From: a virus
Lineage: Duplodnaviria; Caudoviricetes
Length of the DNA: 64,000 bases
Reading direction: 5' to 3' (one strand)
Virus record (IMG/VR): IMGVR_UViG_3300033463_000005
Location: 1 to 64,000 of that record
The notes under the pieces are model-generated. The model saw only the letters and a program-made list of their open reading frames with translations. It was not told the origin of the DNA and did not search any database. The translations under genes were made by a program, and so were the position numbers. Positions 19,205 to 30,594 of the stretch are shown here, piece after piece; the stretch's first letter is position 1; each line of letters begins with the position of its first letter.

Positions 19205-21756
19205 TATGAATTCCTCCCTTCTTGAATGATTTCAGCAAGATCAATCGTATATACAATGTGAGAGAATTGTCCTGCTTGTAGATTATGAGATATCAGAAAC
19301 ATTTGTTCCATACCAAGCATTGACATCATAGATTCCAACATGAGAATGAAGTCATCACGGATGGATGCATCCAGATAAGCATCCAATTCATCACACAATG
19401 GAATCGAATATGTCGTCAATGCAGAAGCCAATGATAATGATAATGCTAATGATAACAATGTGGATTCTGATTGAGAACCATATCGAATATCAGCGGATTT
19501 GTTTGAACCGCATCGGAATGGTAATGAGAAATTATTCTCATCGATAATCGGTTGCAGCAATTCAATTTCAGAATCGTACATGATATTCAATAATTTATTT
19601 GTCATCATAATCGCATGATCAACCGTATTCCGAATTGCAATAACCGGCATTCCTTTTGTAGACGATGTCGCTTCTGCAATTGCTTTGTATTGTTCATCAT
19701 TTGATAGATGCTGTTCGATCTCGGATGTTGTCTTAACATATTGATCGAATGCTTTTTCCAATGTATCCAATTCGGACAACAATGTGGATTGTTGCATCGA
19801 TTTGTTTTGATATTCCATGTAAAGTGTTTGATACTGCTGTTCAGCATCGTGTAGTTGAGATAACATCATTTCCAATTGTTGTTTTCTTTTTTCCAATGAT
19901 TGAATATTGACGTGTTTGATTTTTGATAACAACAATCGTTTATTTTCATTTTCATTTAATTGTGTCTGTAATATTTCAATATCCGATTCAATCTTGGATA
20001 ATGTGGCTTGCATTGTTTGCACATTTGATTGAATTGTCTGTAAGGAATCGGATTGATTTTCATTATGAGACAATCGCTCTTTCATTAATTGAATCGATTG
20101 TTCGGTATCATGCAATTGTTGGATATAATGATTTCGTTGTTCCTTTCTGGCAGCATCCTCAATCAATTCTTTGATATAATCAACATCAACACCAATCTTT
20201 CCTTTTGTTAAATTTGTCAAGATTGTTTTGATATGAAATAATTCTCGTAATACACCATCGGGAATATCAACGTTGATTAATCTTCTGATTGTCATAATAT
20301 TCTTATATGCATGATCCAATTGTTCCAAATCATACCGTGTTAACTTTCCTTTGGATTGACTTTGATAGGAATGGAAGTATGTTTGGAACGCATCGTAAAC
20401 GTTTCGATACAGACAATTTTGTATGTTACACCGCGAAGTATCTGGGATTTCACCGTCAACCGATTGCATCATGGATTGAATATACGATATCACAGATTTC
20501 TCTTTTTCGGAATCCATCAATGACACGCCTTGTTGCATCAGGAATGCGGAAACATCAATTCCGTGTAATATCATATCAACCATTGTTTGCAACTGATCTT
20601 CCTTCAATGATGATGTTATTTCTTTGCATGTAGAATTGATTGCTTGTGCCAACGACATCATACTGAATAAGTATTGGGATGATGCATCCATGTCAAATTG
20701 AATGTGAATCGATTTGATTGTTTGCTCCAGTGATTCCTTCATATGAATCATATCGTCATAATCTCGTTGCATCTGTTCATTTGAATGAATGTTTGTTTCA
20801 ATTTCATATTGTTTCGCATGTGATTCATCCAAATCATGCATACACATGGAACGCTTTGCTTTTAATTCCGATAATGTTTGATTCATTTTGATTTGTTCAT
20901 CAACCAATTTGTCATATAATGAATCATCATATTGGTTCTGGAATAATTGCATTGTTTGAATATAATTTGAAATGGATTCCTGAATCTCTCTGTATTCGGA
21001 TTCCGGATTTTGATTTCGAATCGTTTGCATGGTTCCGGAATATGAATCCATTTGTGATTTCATTTGCTGTAATTCAAATGCAAATTGATCGCGTTCAGAA
21101 CGTTTTGCGTCCAACAACGCAAACAATGTTTCATATGAACCATATGTCGATAACAAGTATTCTTTTGTGTGATTCAACGATGTAATCAACTTATTTGTGA
21201 ATCGATAATCATCCGTTGCCAATTTATGAATCTTATCATAAATATCAATTCCCATTGCACGATTCAGAATTGTCTTTCGTTGTGTTGCATTCATTCCGGA
21301 AAACGATGTCAGATTGGTTCCGTTAATTATGAACTGGAATATATACTTATTTATACCCAATTCTTTTTCAATAATCGAATTGAATGTGTTCACGCCACCA
21401 TTCGAATTTAACTCCACACCATTCTTTTGTATGGATGACGATACCGTATGTGATTTACCGGATGGACGATATGTGTGCATGATATTGTACACGTTACCAT
21501 CTGATTCATATACGATATTCTTATACCCAATCTCGTTTGGAATAATCAACGATAAATCTGCACGTTCGTCACCATTTAAGTTAATGGATGAAAACGGATG
21601 ATGTTGTTGTATCATAACGGTTTTGCCACAACGATTCTTTCCATATAATTGGATGATAGGTTGTTTGATTTTATCATATGAAAATGAAATCTCATTTAAA
21701 CCAGTTGCGGCTTTTACACCAATGAAATTGACTAAACGTAAATATACAATCTTCAT
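19204..21756 (-). CDS. sbcC: SbcC/Rad50-like SMC ATPase
   Basis: GKNRCGKT Walker A, long coiled coils, central CNIQNC, GSQSE signature, LCDELDAYLD Walker B/D-loop, ISH. Confidence 0.88.
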   Translation of the reverse strand: MKIVYLRLVNFIGVKAATGLNEISFSYDKIKQPIIQLYGKNRCGKTVMIQQHHPFSSINLNGDERADLSLIIPNEIGYKNIVYESDGNVYNIMHTYRPSGKSHTVSSSIQKNGVELNSNGGVNTFNSIIEKELGINKYIFQFIINGTNLTSFSGMNATQRKTILNRAMGIDIYDKIHKLATDDYRFTNKLITSLNHTKEYLLSTYGSYETLFALLDAKRSERDQFAFELQQMKSQMDSYSGTMQTIRNQNPESEYREIQESISNYIQTMQLFQNQYDDSLYDKLVDEQIKMNQTLSELKAKRSMCMHDLDESHAKQYEIETNIHSNEQMQRDYDDMIHMKESLEQTIKSIHIQFDMDASSQYLFSMMSLAQAINSTCKEITSSLKEDQLQTMVDMILHGIDVSAFLMQQGVSLMDSEKEKSVISYIQSMMQSVDGEIPDTSRCNIQNCLYRNVYDAFQTYFHSYQSQSKGKLTRYDLEQLDHAYKNIMTIRRLINVDIPDGVLRELFHIKTILTNLTKGKIGVDVDYIKELIEDAARKEQRNHYIQQLHDTEQSIQLMKERLSHNENQSDSLQTIQSNVQTMQATLSKIESDIEILQTQLNENENKRLLLSKIKHVNIQSLEKRKQQLEMMLSQLHDAEQQYQTLYMEYQNKSMQQSTLLSELDTLEKAFDQYVKTTSEIEQHLSNDEQYKAIAEATSSTKGMPVIAIRNTVDHAIMMTNKLLNIMYDSEIELLQPIIDENNFSLPFRCGSNKSADIRYGSQSESTLLSLALSLSLASALTTYSIPLCDELDAYLDASIRDDFILMLESMMSMLGMEQMFLISHNLQAGQFSHIVYTIDLAEIIQEGRNS

Positions 21757-21782
21757 GTATGTAAGTTCCTTTCTGTTATTGT

Positions 21783-21838
21783 CACATCAATCATATATCT
21801 ATAAAATACTTTATTTCCAGATATATATGATTGATGTG
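21783..21838. promoter_or_regulatory. Back-to-back identical early-type promoters
   Basis: CACATCAATCATATAT (21783-21798) and ATATATGATTGATGTG (21823-21838) form a perfect 16-bp inverted repeat facing divergent genes. Confidence 0.75.
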
Positions 21839-21904
21839 GAATTGGGAATAGATTGTTTATTTGTTCCATCCAAATCCAATATCATTTATAAAGGAGAAAT
21901 TGCT

Positions 21905-22576
21905 ATGAATGAAAGAATCAATTATTCGGAACGTCGTCAGAGATTCATGGAGACGTTTAAGAATGATCCGGTGCTGACGGAGACACTTCCAAAACTTGCG
22001 GCGGAATTGTTCTATGATGAATTCGGAGTCTCGATCGATGATCTCACATTCATTCCGATTGTCTGGTCGACATATTGGAGTCGATTGATGGTCTTTCTGC
22101 ATTCCCAGAAAGCAGATTCATTCTCTGTTTCAACATGTGGTTTTTCGGTGGAATATATGACACAACTGTCTGAATCCGATAAAGCCAGAAACATCGTTCC
22201 TGAACTGTATCACGAATATATTCCGATTTTCACAAAGAAGCATCACGATGTTGTGACTGGTGCAAATTATAATCAGGAACTGTTGTCGAAATATAATGAT
22301 TGGAGAACGGTCAATCTGACAGAAACAATCGACATGGTTGAACGTGAAGTGTTCCAGGAAGTCAATGACAAGTACGGTATCTATCTGATGATTTCTGCAA
22401 CCGTGTTCCCGTTGGTTGCAGCAATCTATTCTGCAGCAGTTCATATTGCACTGAAAGAAGGGAAGCCGGTCAACATGTATAACTGGTTCACCATCACGGC
22501 ACGTGCAGATGACAAAATCATTCTGACTCCGCTTGCATCCATCAAGCAGGGTCTGAAAGATGATGCAAAGCATTGA
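21905..22576 (+). CDS. Hypothetical protein
   Basis: ORF 21623..22576; start ATG 21905 after AAAGGAG. Confidence 0.75.
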   Translation: MNERINYSERRQRFMETFKNDPVLTETLPKLAAELFYDEFGVSIDDLTFIPIVWSTYWSRLMVFLHSQKADSFSVSTCGFSVEYMTQLSESDKARNIVPELYHEYIPIFTKKHHDVVTGANYNQELLSKYNDWRTVNLTETIDMVEREVFQEVNDKYGIYLMISATVFPLVAAIYSAAVHIALKEGKPVNMYNWFTITARADDKIILTPLASIKQGLKDDAKH

Positions 22577-22623
22577 TAAAATCATGGGGGTGGAAACACC
22601 CCCATTTCATTTGAGGTGTTTCC

Positions 22624-23337
22624 ATGAAGTTCAATTTATCAATCGATCTTCCGGATGATACAATTACCGGGGAAGATATCCTCGCAATGTTTCATGAAGA
22701 TTCAAATTCTGTCGAGGTGACAGTTCCGGATAACATTGAAGTCATTCAAGATGACAAAGATGTTCATCTTGATATTCATTCGGATGAACATGCAGAAAAC
22801 TTTCCATTTGCATATGGAAACGTTGTGCGTATCATTCAAAAGATGTTATGTTTATTCAATGAAGATTTGGATGATGCGGTATATCCTTCTCGTATGGTGA
22901 TTCCATATTTGACAGAATTGATGGATGGTATGGCAAAATTTCCATCTGCACCAAAACTGTTGTCAGTTGATTACAACTATGGAAGTTGGTCAAACGAAGA
23001 AGAATATGCGAAAGCAAAAAAGCAATCATCCGAACTTGTATTGGAGATCCGATTACCGGATGATTTCAATATCCCGGACTTTGCAGATCATGTTGCAAAA
23101 CGTTTTCCAGATTACTTTTGTCGTGATAATCAGCATGATATATGTGCTGGATATGTTACCGAAGATTGGTTTACATATACACCACAGTTTGTGTATGGAA
23201 TCAATATGCAAACACCGATTGATTATCCTGTAGATGATGTTGATAGATCTCATCCGTCAGCAAAACCAATCGGATTTGCACAGGGTGTTTTAAATATATT
23301 ATATGAGATGACAGACAAAAAGGATGAAGAAAAATGA
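22624..23337 (+). CDS. Acidic hypothetical protein
   Basis: 237 aa, GAGGTG RBS. Confidence 0.7.
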   Translation: MKFNLSIDLPDDTITGEDILAMFHEDSNSVEVTVPDNIEVIQDDKDVHLDIHSDEHAENFPFAYGNVVRIIQKMLCLFNEDLDDAVYPSRMVIPYLTELMDGMAKFPSAPKLLSVDYNYGSWSNEEEYAKAKKQSSELVLEIRLPDDFNIPDFADHVAKRFPDYFCRDNQHDICAGYVTEDWFTYTPQFVYGINMQTPIDYPVDDVDRSHPSAKPIGFAQGVLNILYEMTDKKDEEK

Positions 23338-23561
23338 AGTATGTTGTTTATGAAAATGATGAGACTGGTACAAATGTTCAATTAACTGTGAAAGAAAACT
23401 TTGTGGACGCTGAATACTATTTAAAGAAACAATTTCCACATTTGATAAAATTGTCAACGGAAATATATAATGGCGTAGAACGAACCAATTATCGAGAAGA
23501 TTATGGTTCTGAGCGGTACTTCGTCATTGAAAAATTTTATCGAAGGAAACGAAAGGGATGA
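23334..23561 (+). CDS. Small hypothetical protein
   Basis: ATGA overlap with the upstream gene. Confidence 0.65.
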   Translation: MKYVVYENDETGTNVQLTVKENFVDAEYYLKKQFPHLIKLSTEIYNGVERTNYREDYGSERYFVIEKFYRRKRKG

Positions 23562-23567
23562 TCTACA

Positions 23568-24713
23568 ATGTCTTTCAGTCTCATTATCGGTATCGGTAAT
23601 ACTGGCACGCAGATTGTGAAACTATTGTCACAGTCACCAAAGATCTCAAACTGCAAAATGTATGCAATCGATTCTGTTGCAATGTCTGCTGACATGGAAT
23701 CTGTTCAGAATGTCAAAATGATTCCAGTTATTTCTGATGAAAAGTGTGGTTCGGGTCGTTCTCGTGAACGTGGTGCAGAAATGTTTAAACATCATGATTC
23801 ATTAGGCACATTCAATGAACTATATGATGATGCATCACAGGCATTACAACCAATCTTTGTCATTACATCAACTGCGGGTGGCACTGGCTCTGGTATCACT
23901 CCGGAGTTAATCAAAAAGATTCGTTCATTTGATACAACCGCTGAATCAGAAGAACGAGAAAACAAATACCGTTTCATACCTGTATTGGTATTTCCATCAC
24001 TGGAAGATCCGGATGCATATCATATGAATACATCCGATTTGATGTTGGATTTACAGAATGCAGGAATTGAGACATACACTGTGTTCCGTAATAAATATGG
24101 AACAGCAAACTATTCTAAAATCAATCAGGATATTGTGAATTCGATTGAATTGATTCTCGGAAAACTTTATGGTGATACAAATGTTGATTCTATTGATGAA
24201 TCTGATTTGGATGTCATCTTGAGTGTACCTGGAAGATTCATATCCTGCATCGTGGAATCGGAAGACCCGACAAAACTAAAAAGATTGATTACGGAGAGCG
24301 CACTTCATAGTTATCAACCTGGATGGGATCCGGATGATACAAAGGAAGGTGCGATTATTTATACTGCGTTCGACCTATGCTCTCCGTTTGCAAAAGATGA
24401 TTTCGCAGATGTGTTTTCCGATATCCGTGCAAGAATCAAACACTATCATGATGAGTACAAAAATATTTGTGAAAAGGATGGAAAGAGTTCAGCCTCATTT
24501 ATCATTGCGGGATTGCCAAATGTTGAATTAAAGAATATCAATATTGATTATGATGAAACCAAAGGGATTGCAGATGGTGCGAAACGTTCGAAACGTCCAG
24601 GATTCCTCTCAAAGAAAAAACCAATTATGGAACAAAAAATTACGAAAACTGATGAAACTGTAAAATCGCAGAAAACTGGTTTAAAAGGTATCGATAATTA
24701 CGATTGGAAATAA
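23568..24713 (+). CDS. phuZ: Tubulin/FtsZ-family GTPase (PhuZ-like)
   Basis: IGIGNTG, AIDS, GSGRSRERG, AGGTGSG signature and SIDESD T7 loop. Confidence 0.9.
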   Translation: MSFSLIIGIGNTGTQIVKLLSQSPKISNCKMYAIDSVAMSADMESVQNVKMIPVISDEKCGSGRSRERGAEMFKHHDSLGTFNELYDDASQALQPIFVITSTAGGTGSGITPELIKKIRSFDTTAESEERENKYRFIPVLVFPSLEDPDAYHMNTSDLMLDLQNAGIETYTVFRNKYGTANYSKINQDIVNSIELILGKLYGDTNVDSIDESDLDVILSVPGRFISCIVESEDPTKLKRLITESALHSYQPGWDPDDTKEGAIIYTAFDLCSPFAKDDFADVFSDIRARIKHYHDEYKNICEKDGKSSASFIIAGLPNVELKNINIDYDETKGIADGAKRSKRPGFLSKKKPIMEQKITKTDETVKSQKTGLKGIDNYDWK

Positions 24714-24807
24714 TTGACTCTGAATATTCTGATATCAGATATATACATAATTGCTGTGATATCTGGTACCTCAGAATATCAAAATATCATAAGGAGGAAC
24801 ACCTATT

Positions 24808-25713
24808 ATGCAAACCATGGTTTACTCGCAAATGTATCCAGGAGATGTGAATTTCCTGGATTCTGTCGAGACCTATCTGAGAAAGACAGGACTCCCGGCA
24901 GGAATCACACCACAGGAGCGTCTGATCGTCGCGGAGCAGGCTCGTAACACACTGTATTCGTATGATGTGCAGTGCATTCCGAGAATTGCAAACAAGATTC
25001 TTACCTCTGATATGGAGAGTGATCAGGAAGCACGTGCTTTGTGGCTGGCCTTCACAAATCATGTGATGGATCCCATCTTTGTCCAGTTCCTGATGCAGTA
25101 TCTCGCTACAAGAGGTGACCTGTCTCTGAATGGTCAGGTTGGTGCGTTGCTTTCAAAAGCGCTCGACAAATTTTTCAAAGATCACAAAGCAGAGATTGAT
25201 GAAAAGAAAAAGGAAAACAAGCTTCCTGAAATCGAAGAAGTGAAGCATATCCAGGCGGCAATGGAATCGTTGCTTGGTAAAACTGCTGCTGATATTCAGG
25301 TGAGTGTTGCCGGTCTTTCTCATCCGGAAGCATTGTTTGTCGCCTCCTGCATCAACATCAATTCCAAAGAAACGATCATTGAACTGCTCGATTCCGGTCT
25401 TGGTATCACGGCAGATATCTTTGATCTGATCAAAGACCCTGATAATCTGGTGAGAGGTTGTCTGTCACTTCTGAAGTCAGAGGTTCCGACAAAGCCGAAT
25501 AAGAACCAGACTGCATTCCTGGATTCAATCAAGCGTTGGACATTCCTGAAGCTTGAACACATTCCTGGTGGAAATGCGGTATGTTATCAGTATCTCGTCG
25601 GTGTATATGGTAGCGTGAAGCCCGATGTATCACCGTACTATATCCAGATCAAGGATTGCGGTACAACGTTTCCAAATCTGATTCAAGTTGCGAAGCAGAT
25701 TGTGAATAAATAA
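24808..25713 (+). CDS. Hypothetical protein
   Basis: AAGGAGG RBS; early-type promoter at 24744. Confidence 0.8.
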   Translation: MQTMVYSQMYPGDVNFLDSVETYLRKTGLPAGITPQERLIVAEQARNTLYSYDVQCIPRIANKILTSDMESDQEARALWLAFTNHVMDPIFVQFLMQYLATRGDLSLNGQVGALLSKALDKFFKDHKAEIDEKKKENKLPEIEEVKHIQAAMESLLGKTAADIQVSVAGLSHPEALFVASCININSKETIIELLDSGLGITADIFDLIKDPDNLVRGCLSLLKSEVPTKPNKNQTAFLDSIKRWTFLKLEHIPGGNAVCYQYLVGVYGSVKPDVSPYYIQIKDCGTTFPNLIQVAKQIVNK

Positions 25714-25727
25714 GGGAGGTATATACA

Positions 25728-26228
25728 ATGTTAGAAAAGATCAATCCGAATGTTCAGAGACTCATCACCCCGATCGTTCAGAGAATGACTTCGATTTATA
25801 TCACAGAGAAGTCAAATCCTGTGATTGGCAATACGAATCACGGTGATCAGTACAAGCGTGAGAAGCAGGAATGCGTTCACATCATCTTTGATGGCAATTC
25901 TCCTGTTTGCAAACTCGAGAAGACTGCCGACGGAAAGTTGAAGTGCGCTGCTTGCGGTCGTGAAATCTACAGCAAGTTCGATGGTTCCAATGTGAAAGCG
26001 CTCCTGGAAGCAAGACAGGTTGTTGAGCAGGTCATGTATTTTGGCATGGTGAACAACCTGAACGCAGATATCGTTGCAGGTTGCATCGATATGAAGAAGA
26101 TGCTTCCGGACCTCGCTCAGATTGCTGCAGAGCTGAACGAATATGTCAAGCGTGAAGACAGCAACACCGACACGGTCAATAACGTCGGTAATGAATATCG
26201 CTTCGGTGGTATCACTTCCGGTTTCTAA
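25728..26228 (+). CDS. Hypothetical Zn-binding protein
   Basis: CVH...CAACG; GGGAGG RBS. Confidence 0.75.
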   Translation: MLEKINPNVQRLITPIVQRMTSIYITEKSNPVIGNTNHGDQYKREKQECVHIIFDGNSPVCKLEKTADGKLKCAACGREIYSKFDGSNVKALLEARQVVEQVMYFGMVNNLNADIVAGCIDMKKMLPDLAQIAAELNEYVKREDSNTDTVNNVGNEYRFGGITSGF

Positions 26229-26274
26229 TGTGAAGAATGTATATGGGGGCATATGCCCCCATATACATTTTTTG

Positions 26275-27537
26275 TTAATTTGAACATAGTTCCATTGTTG
26301 TTTGCGTAACGAATTTATCACCAGAGCTATTTGTCAACACATGACACACGTATTTTGGTCTATATGATGATGCGATGTTCAATCCGCGAATCGGTGATTC
26401 GAACACAAGATTGAATCTCGCGGTCGGTTGGAATTCATCGATATAAAATCCCGCACCAGATATATCAACATGTGTGATACGTTCATTCAATCGTGCAGCT
26501 TCTTGTATTGATATGGAACGCTTGTCTGTTTTGTGTAAGCGGTTCTTTTGATCAATTCTGTTTTGTATTGTATCAATATCAGTTGTATCAAACAATTGCT
26601 TTAGTTGAACCGAATTTGCTTGTAATGTATTCACGTTAATATCAGATATGATCTCCGGATTTAATACACGTTCAATATCTGATTCTGATAGTATGGATAC
26701 GTGTATTGCAGCAGTTTGAAATTTGTATTTTCCTCCTGTTAACAGTATACCGCTTTCATCTGTATTCAATTTTTCCGTTCGAACATAAATCGGAATTGTT
26801 TGAGTCTGGTTGTATGATGCGGAATTACACAAGTACATTTTTTCTTGTGTAAAATCATAATACAACATTCCACCATGATCATACAATCCATAATATCGAT
26901 CAAAGTATGTAAATGATTCAATCATTGTTAAATTCGGAATGAGTATCTGATCATATCGTGTTTGATTGTGAATTGGATCAATCGTGAGTTTGTTATTATT
27001 GATTCCGGTTCGTTTCAATAAGTCTCGGACAACTGTCTCCACTGTTGTATTCCGATAGATGGAAGGTGCCCGTTGACGCATTTTATGGGTGATACTGTTA
27101 TCATATGCGAACAGTTCAAATGCGGTTTTCTGATCAACGTTCAAATCGGTTGAATCTTTTTCACCAAGTTTATATTGATCCATTTGTGAAATTGGTATAT
27201 TTTTATTTGCAATATATCCTTTGACTGAAAATCGAATAGATGGAACCGATCGAACAATCATAACAGTTTCATCATTTGATCGGTATATTCCACCATCCAT
27301 ATTACATACGATTGATATATTATTTGGATCAACATTGATATTTTCAATCAAAGATGTATCCGCATAAAATCGAAATCGCACAATTGGATATGTTGATGTA
27401 TCATATCGATGGATGATTGCAATGGATATAATATCACTTGGTTTGAGTTCGTAATATACATTCTGAACCCATAAACCAAGTGTGACATTGTACATTGTAT
27501 TGTACACATCTGCCATGAAGCTCACTTCTTTCATCAT
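26275..27537 (-). CDS. Probable virion structural protein (baseplate hub-like)
   Basis: 420-aa beta-rich ORF with QILIPNL and RYYGLY; the start may be 27516. Confidence 0.5.
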   Translation of the reverse strand: MMKEVSFMADVYNTMYNVTLGLWVQNVYYELKPSDIISIAIIHRYDTSTYPIVRFRFYADTSLIENINVDPNNISIVCNMDGGIYRSNDETVMIVRSVPSIRFSVKGYIANKNIPISQMDQYKLGEKDSTDLNVDQKTAFELFAYDNSITHKMRQRAPSIYRNTTVETVVRDLLKRTGINNNKLTIDPIHNQTRYDQILIPNLTMIESFTYFDRYYGLYDHGGMLYYDFTQEKMYLCNSASYNQTQTIPIYVRTEKLNTDESGILLTGGKYKFQTAAIHVSILSESDIERVLNPEIISDINVNTLQANSVQLKQLFDTTDIDTIQNRIDQKNRLHKTDKRSISIQEAARLNERITHVDISGAGFYIDEFQPTARFNLVFESPIRGLNIASSYRPKYVCHVLTNSSGDKFVTQTTMELCSN

Positions 27538-27615
27538 ATTATAAAGAGTCCACGACCCCTTTATAAGCCCGTATCACAAGGGTGTTTCTTATTTTTTATG
27601 AAAGGGATGTTATCA

Positions 27616-28572
27616 ATGATTGTATTCCAAGAAGCTGCAGTTCATCAGCTACCACAGCTTTCACAATCGTCTCTGTTTATAAAGTTTAACGAACAGAGCC
27701 AGTTGTTTCAAAAAGTAAAAGATACATTGATGAATAAAGAATCATATGTCAATCCGGAAGAGATGAAGGAAATCATGGCGTTGATTCGTTTGAACGGCAG
27801 CCCGATTGCAAAGAAAGCCGTACAGAAATTTGAAGACGGCGATATGAAAATTATATTCAACAAAACAAATAGTCAGATTCCGAATGTGTTACCATACATC
27901 ATCATTCAAGATAAGACTGGTAAAATCACTGCGTACATCTTTGCAGATCGCGTGATGAGTAATATCAATTCATCTGCAGAATATCAAAATCTGATGGCAA
28001 CAATGGAAGCAGCATATCTTGCAGCAGCATTGCGGAAAGATCCTGCACAATTCTTATTGAACAGAAACCTTGTTCTGACATTGTGTGAATTATACAACTA
28101 TCTGTGGATTGTTCCGCTTGAGCAAAAGCTGTATGTAAAAGGCGAGAATCTGACAAAGATTCAAGCATATGTCATCTCTTACTTCTATCGCATGGTTGAT
28201 GACAATAAGATTGATGCAAAGACAATTCCATTCAATCGTATTCTGAAAGATAAGATTCCGGAAGGAACATTGACACAAATTATCACAGAAGTGAAAACAA
28301 TGCCTTCGTTGGCATTGGGAAATCTGATTCAACTGATTCAGAAAATCAATCCTGTTCGTTATAAGAATCTGGAAACAACGTTCATGACATATTTTGCATC
28401 CGCATGTGGTATTCCGTTGATTTTTGCATTGGAGAATCTGCAGTATCTATTCCTGTTGATGTCCAGTGCGAATTACAAAACAAAGTTGACTGCATGGAGT
28501 TTGAACAAGGTTGCTTCCAAGAGTGCAAAGACATGTCTGACAACATTGAACGGGATGGATATTCGATACTGA
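27616..28572 (+). CDS. Probable head/virion protein
   Basis: Start after GAAAGGGA; N-terminal VFQEAA resembles a prohead-protease site; operon with the portal. Confidence 0.5.
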   Translation: MIVFQEAAVHQLPQLSQSSLFIKFNEQSQLFQKVKDTLMNKESYVNPEEMKEIMALIRLNGSPIAKKAVQKFEDGDMKIIFNKTNSQIPNVLPYIIIQDKTGKITAYIFADRVMSNINSSAEYQNLMATMEAAYLAAALRKDPAQFLLNRNLVLTLCELYNYLWIVPLEQKLYVKGENLTKIQAYVISYFYRMVDDNKIDAKTIPFNRILKDKIPEGTLTQIITEVKTMPSLALGNLIQLIQKINPVRYKNLETTFMTYFASACGIPLIFALENLQYLFLLMSSANYKTKLTAWSLNKVASKSAKTCLTTLNGMDIRY

Positions 28573-28592
28573 TAAGAACGGGGTGATTGATT

Positions 28593-30566
28593 ATGCCGTC
28601 GATCGAAGATCATCTTCGTAATTTACAGAAAGAACCGCACACAATGGATCCCCCTGTACATGATATTGCGTTAATCGATTATCTAAATGACAAGGGAACA
28701 GATGTCGGTGGATTGCCGATGGATCCAGGAATCGCGGAAATCTTTCGTACGAAAAAGCAAGAGACCACGATCGAATCATATCCATATAAAGGATATGAGA
28801 AAATGAATGGTGTTATTGAAAAACGCAACTTCCCGATCAGTGGTGGTCCTCTTTATATTGCGGATAATCCGGGTATTGTGATTCGCCCGGAAATGCATTT
28901 TGTAAATTACCTGCCTCAATATTCACAATTTGAACGATCCACACGTTTCGTCACAGAAGATGGAAAACCCGTCAAATGGAACTGGATTTATGCGCGTAAT
29001 AAAGAAGCGCATATTACGAGCCGTGATGATTATGAACCGATCAAATACACGGAGAGTAATCCATATCCAATCGAATATATTCCGGGTACCAGCGAGCCAA
29101 TTGGTATGTGGAATATTCCGAATCGAAAGGATTGCCATCTGTATCAGTTCCGTGGTGCTGTTACATTCCTGAATCCGGAGAATGATCCTGATAAAGAAAC
29201 GATCATGACAATGGGTTTGGAGACATATGACAAACAGCAAAATGGGTTTGATGTCGTTGATAAAAGGGAAGCGCGTCATGTTAAGAAAGCATATAGCATG
29301 CTATATGAAAACATGGCGGCGCCATTAACACCAACATCGCCATTGCATCCATTCACTCGGTCATATCCGGATCGTTCGCGAAATGCGATTGTCACATCAT
29401 ACAATAGAACAAAACTTCCGATTGTTGATATTGAACATCGAAAAGCATTTCGACATATCTTTATCACAAGACCGGAATGCTACATGATGGCAAATGGCGA
29501 TCAGCCTTCCTATCAGGTGTTGAATGATGACGACATGGCAACGTGTTGGATGCGTTTTCCACATGTTATCCGATCATTGTCTCCTGTGTATGTGACATCA
29601 TCCACGTTTGCACCACAATATGCAAACTGGAATTGGTTGTTGTGTAATCGTGTTCTCGGATTACAGACTGCGAATAATACAATTGATCTGGTTGAATCTG
29701 CAGTCAAGAGTGTTCATGGTAATACAGTGACGATGGGGAAATCATTGAAAACAAACATGGGTGGAACATTGTCGTTGTCTTTCCGTGATACAAAATATAT
29801 GGATGTATTTGAGATGTTGCGAATCTGGATGTTGTATATTCATAAACGTAGAATGGGAACATTCTTCCCATCATTCAATGGATATCAACAGGTAAACGGA
29901 TTCTATCAGAATGGTTCATCGGTATTCATGCCCGGTGGATATTCGACATTACATCCATATGATCGTGCTTTGGATTATTGTGCATCTATATACGATATTG
30001 TCACAAATGAAACTGGTACAAAGATTTTATATTGGTGCAAATATTATGGGGTGTATCCGACTGATCTTTCAAATGGTATGTTGTCAAATGACAACAATGC
30101 ACCATTGACTTCGGAGGCAAGGATATCCGCCACATTCCAGTATCAATATAAACAAGAGAATATTTTCAAGAATCTGATTGAATTCAACTACAATGCAGGA
30201 ATCTGTGACGCTGTTGGAAATATGCGATCCGATGTATCAACTGTGTTGCGTAAATCAGTTCCATTCTTATATCGTGAAAAAGGTGAAGGTGGAACACAGT
30301 ATACGAATCCCAATTTACCAAATTACATTGGTGCAGCAAGTATGTTCACGGGTTCTCCATATATCATCACGGAATTCAGTGGTTCATATGATCCGTGGGA
30401 TTGGAATTCATCTATGAAGAATAATATGGTACAAGCAAACCTATGCTTCGTGCCAATCTTCTATGGCGATTCTGATGAAAATGATATCATGAATCTTGGT
30501 ATATCGAATGAGTTAGCCCCAACACGTGAAGAACGTGACATCATGGTTCTACAATCACGTGTTTAA
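28593..30566 (+). CDS. Virion structural protein with tail-tube-like domains (baseplate)
   Basis: HIFITRPEC, LSLSFRDTKY, DYCASIY and ILYWCKYYGVYP recall jumbo-phage baseplate/tube-fold proteins. Confidence 0.6.
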   Translation: MPSIEDHLRNLQKEPHTMDPPVHDIALIDYLNDKGTDVGGLPMDPGIAEIFRTKKQETTIESYPYKGYEKMNGVIEKRNFPISGGPLYIADNPGIVIRPEMHFVNYLPQYSQFERSTRFVTEDGKPVKWNWIYARNKEAHITSRDDYEPIKYTESNPYPIEYIPGTSEPIGMWNIPNRKDCHLYQFRGAVTFLNPENDPDKETIMTMGLETYDKQQNGFDVVDKREARHVKKAYSMLYENMAAPLTPTSPLHPFTRSYPDRSRNAIVTSYNRTKLPIVDIEHRKAFRHIFITRPECYMMANGDQPSYQVLNDDDMATCWMRFPHVIRSLSPVYVTSSTFAPQYANWNWLLCNRVLGLQTANNTIDLVESAVKSVHGNTVTMGKSLKTNMGGTLSLSFRDTKYMDVFEMLRIWMLYIHKRRMGTFFPSFNGYQQVNGFYQNGSSVFMPGGYSTLHPYDRALDYCASIYDIVTNETGTKILYWCKYYGVYPTDLSNGMLSNDNNAPLTSEARISATFQYQYKQENIFKNLIEFNYNAGICDAVGNMRSDVSTVLRKSVPFLYREKGEGGTQYTNPNLPNYIGAASMFTGSPYIITEFSGSYDPWDWNSSMKNNMVQANLCFVPIFYGDSDENDIMNLGISNELAPTREERDIMVLQSRV

Positions 30567-30594
30567 TTATGTATCATGAAAGGAGGAATGTACG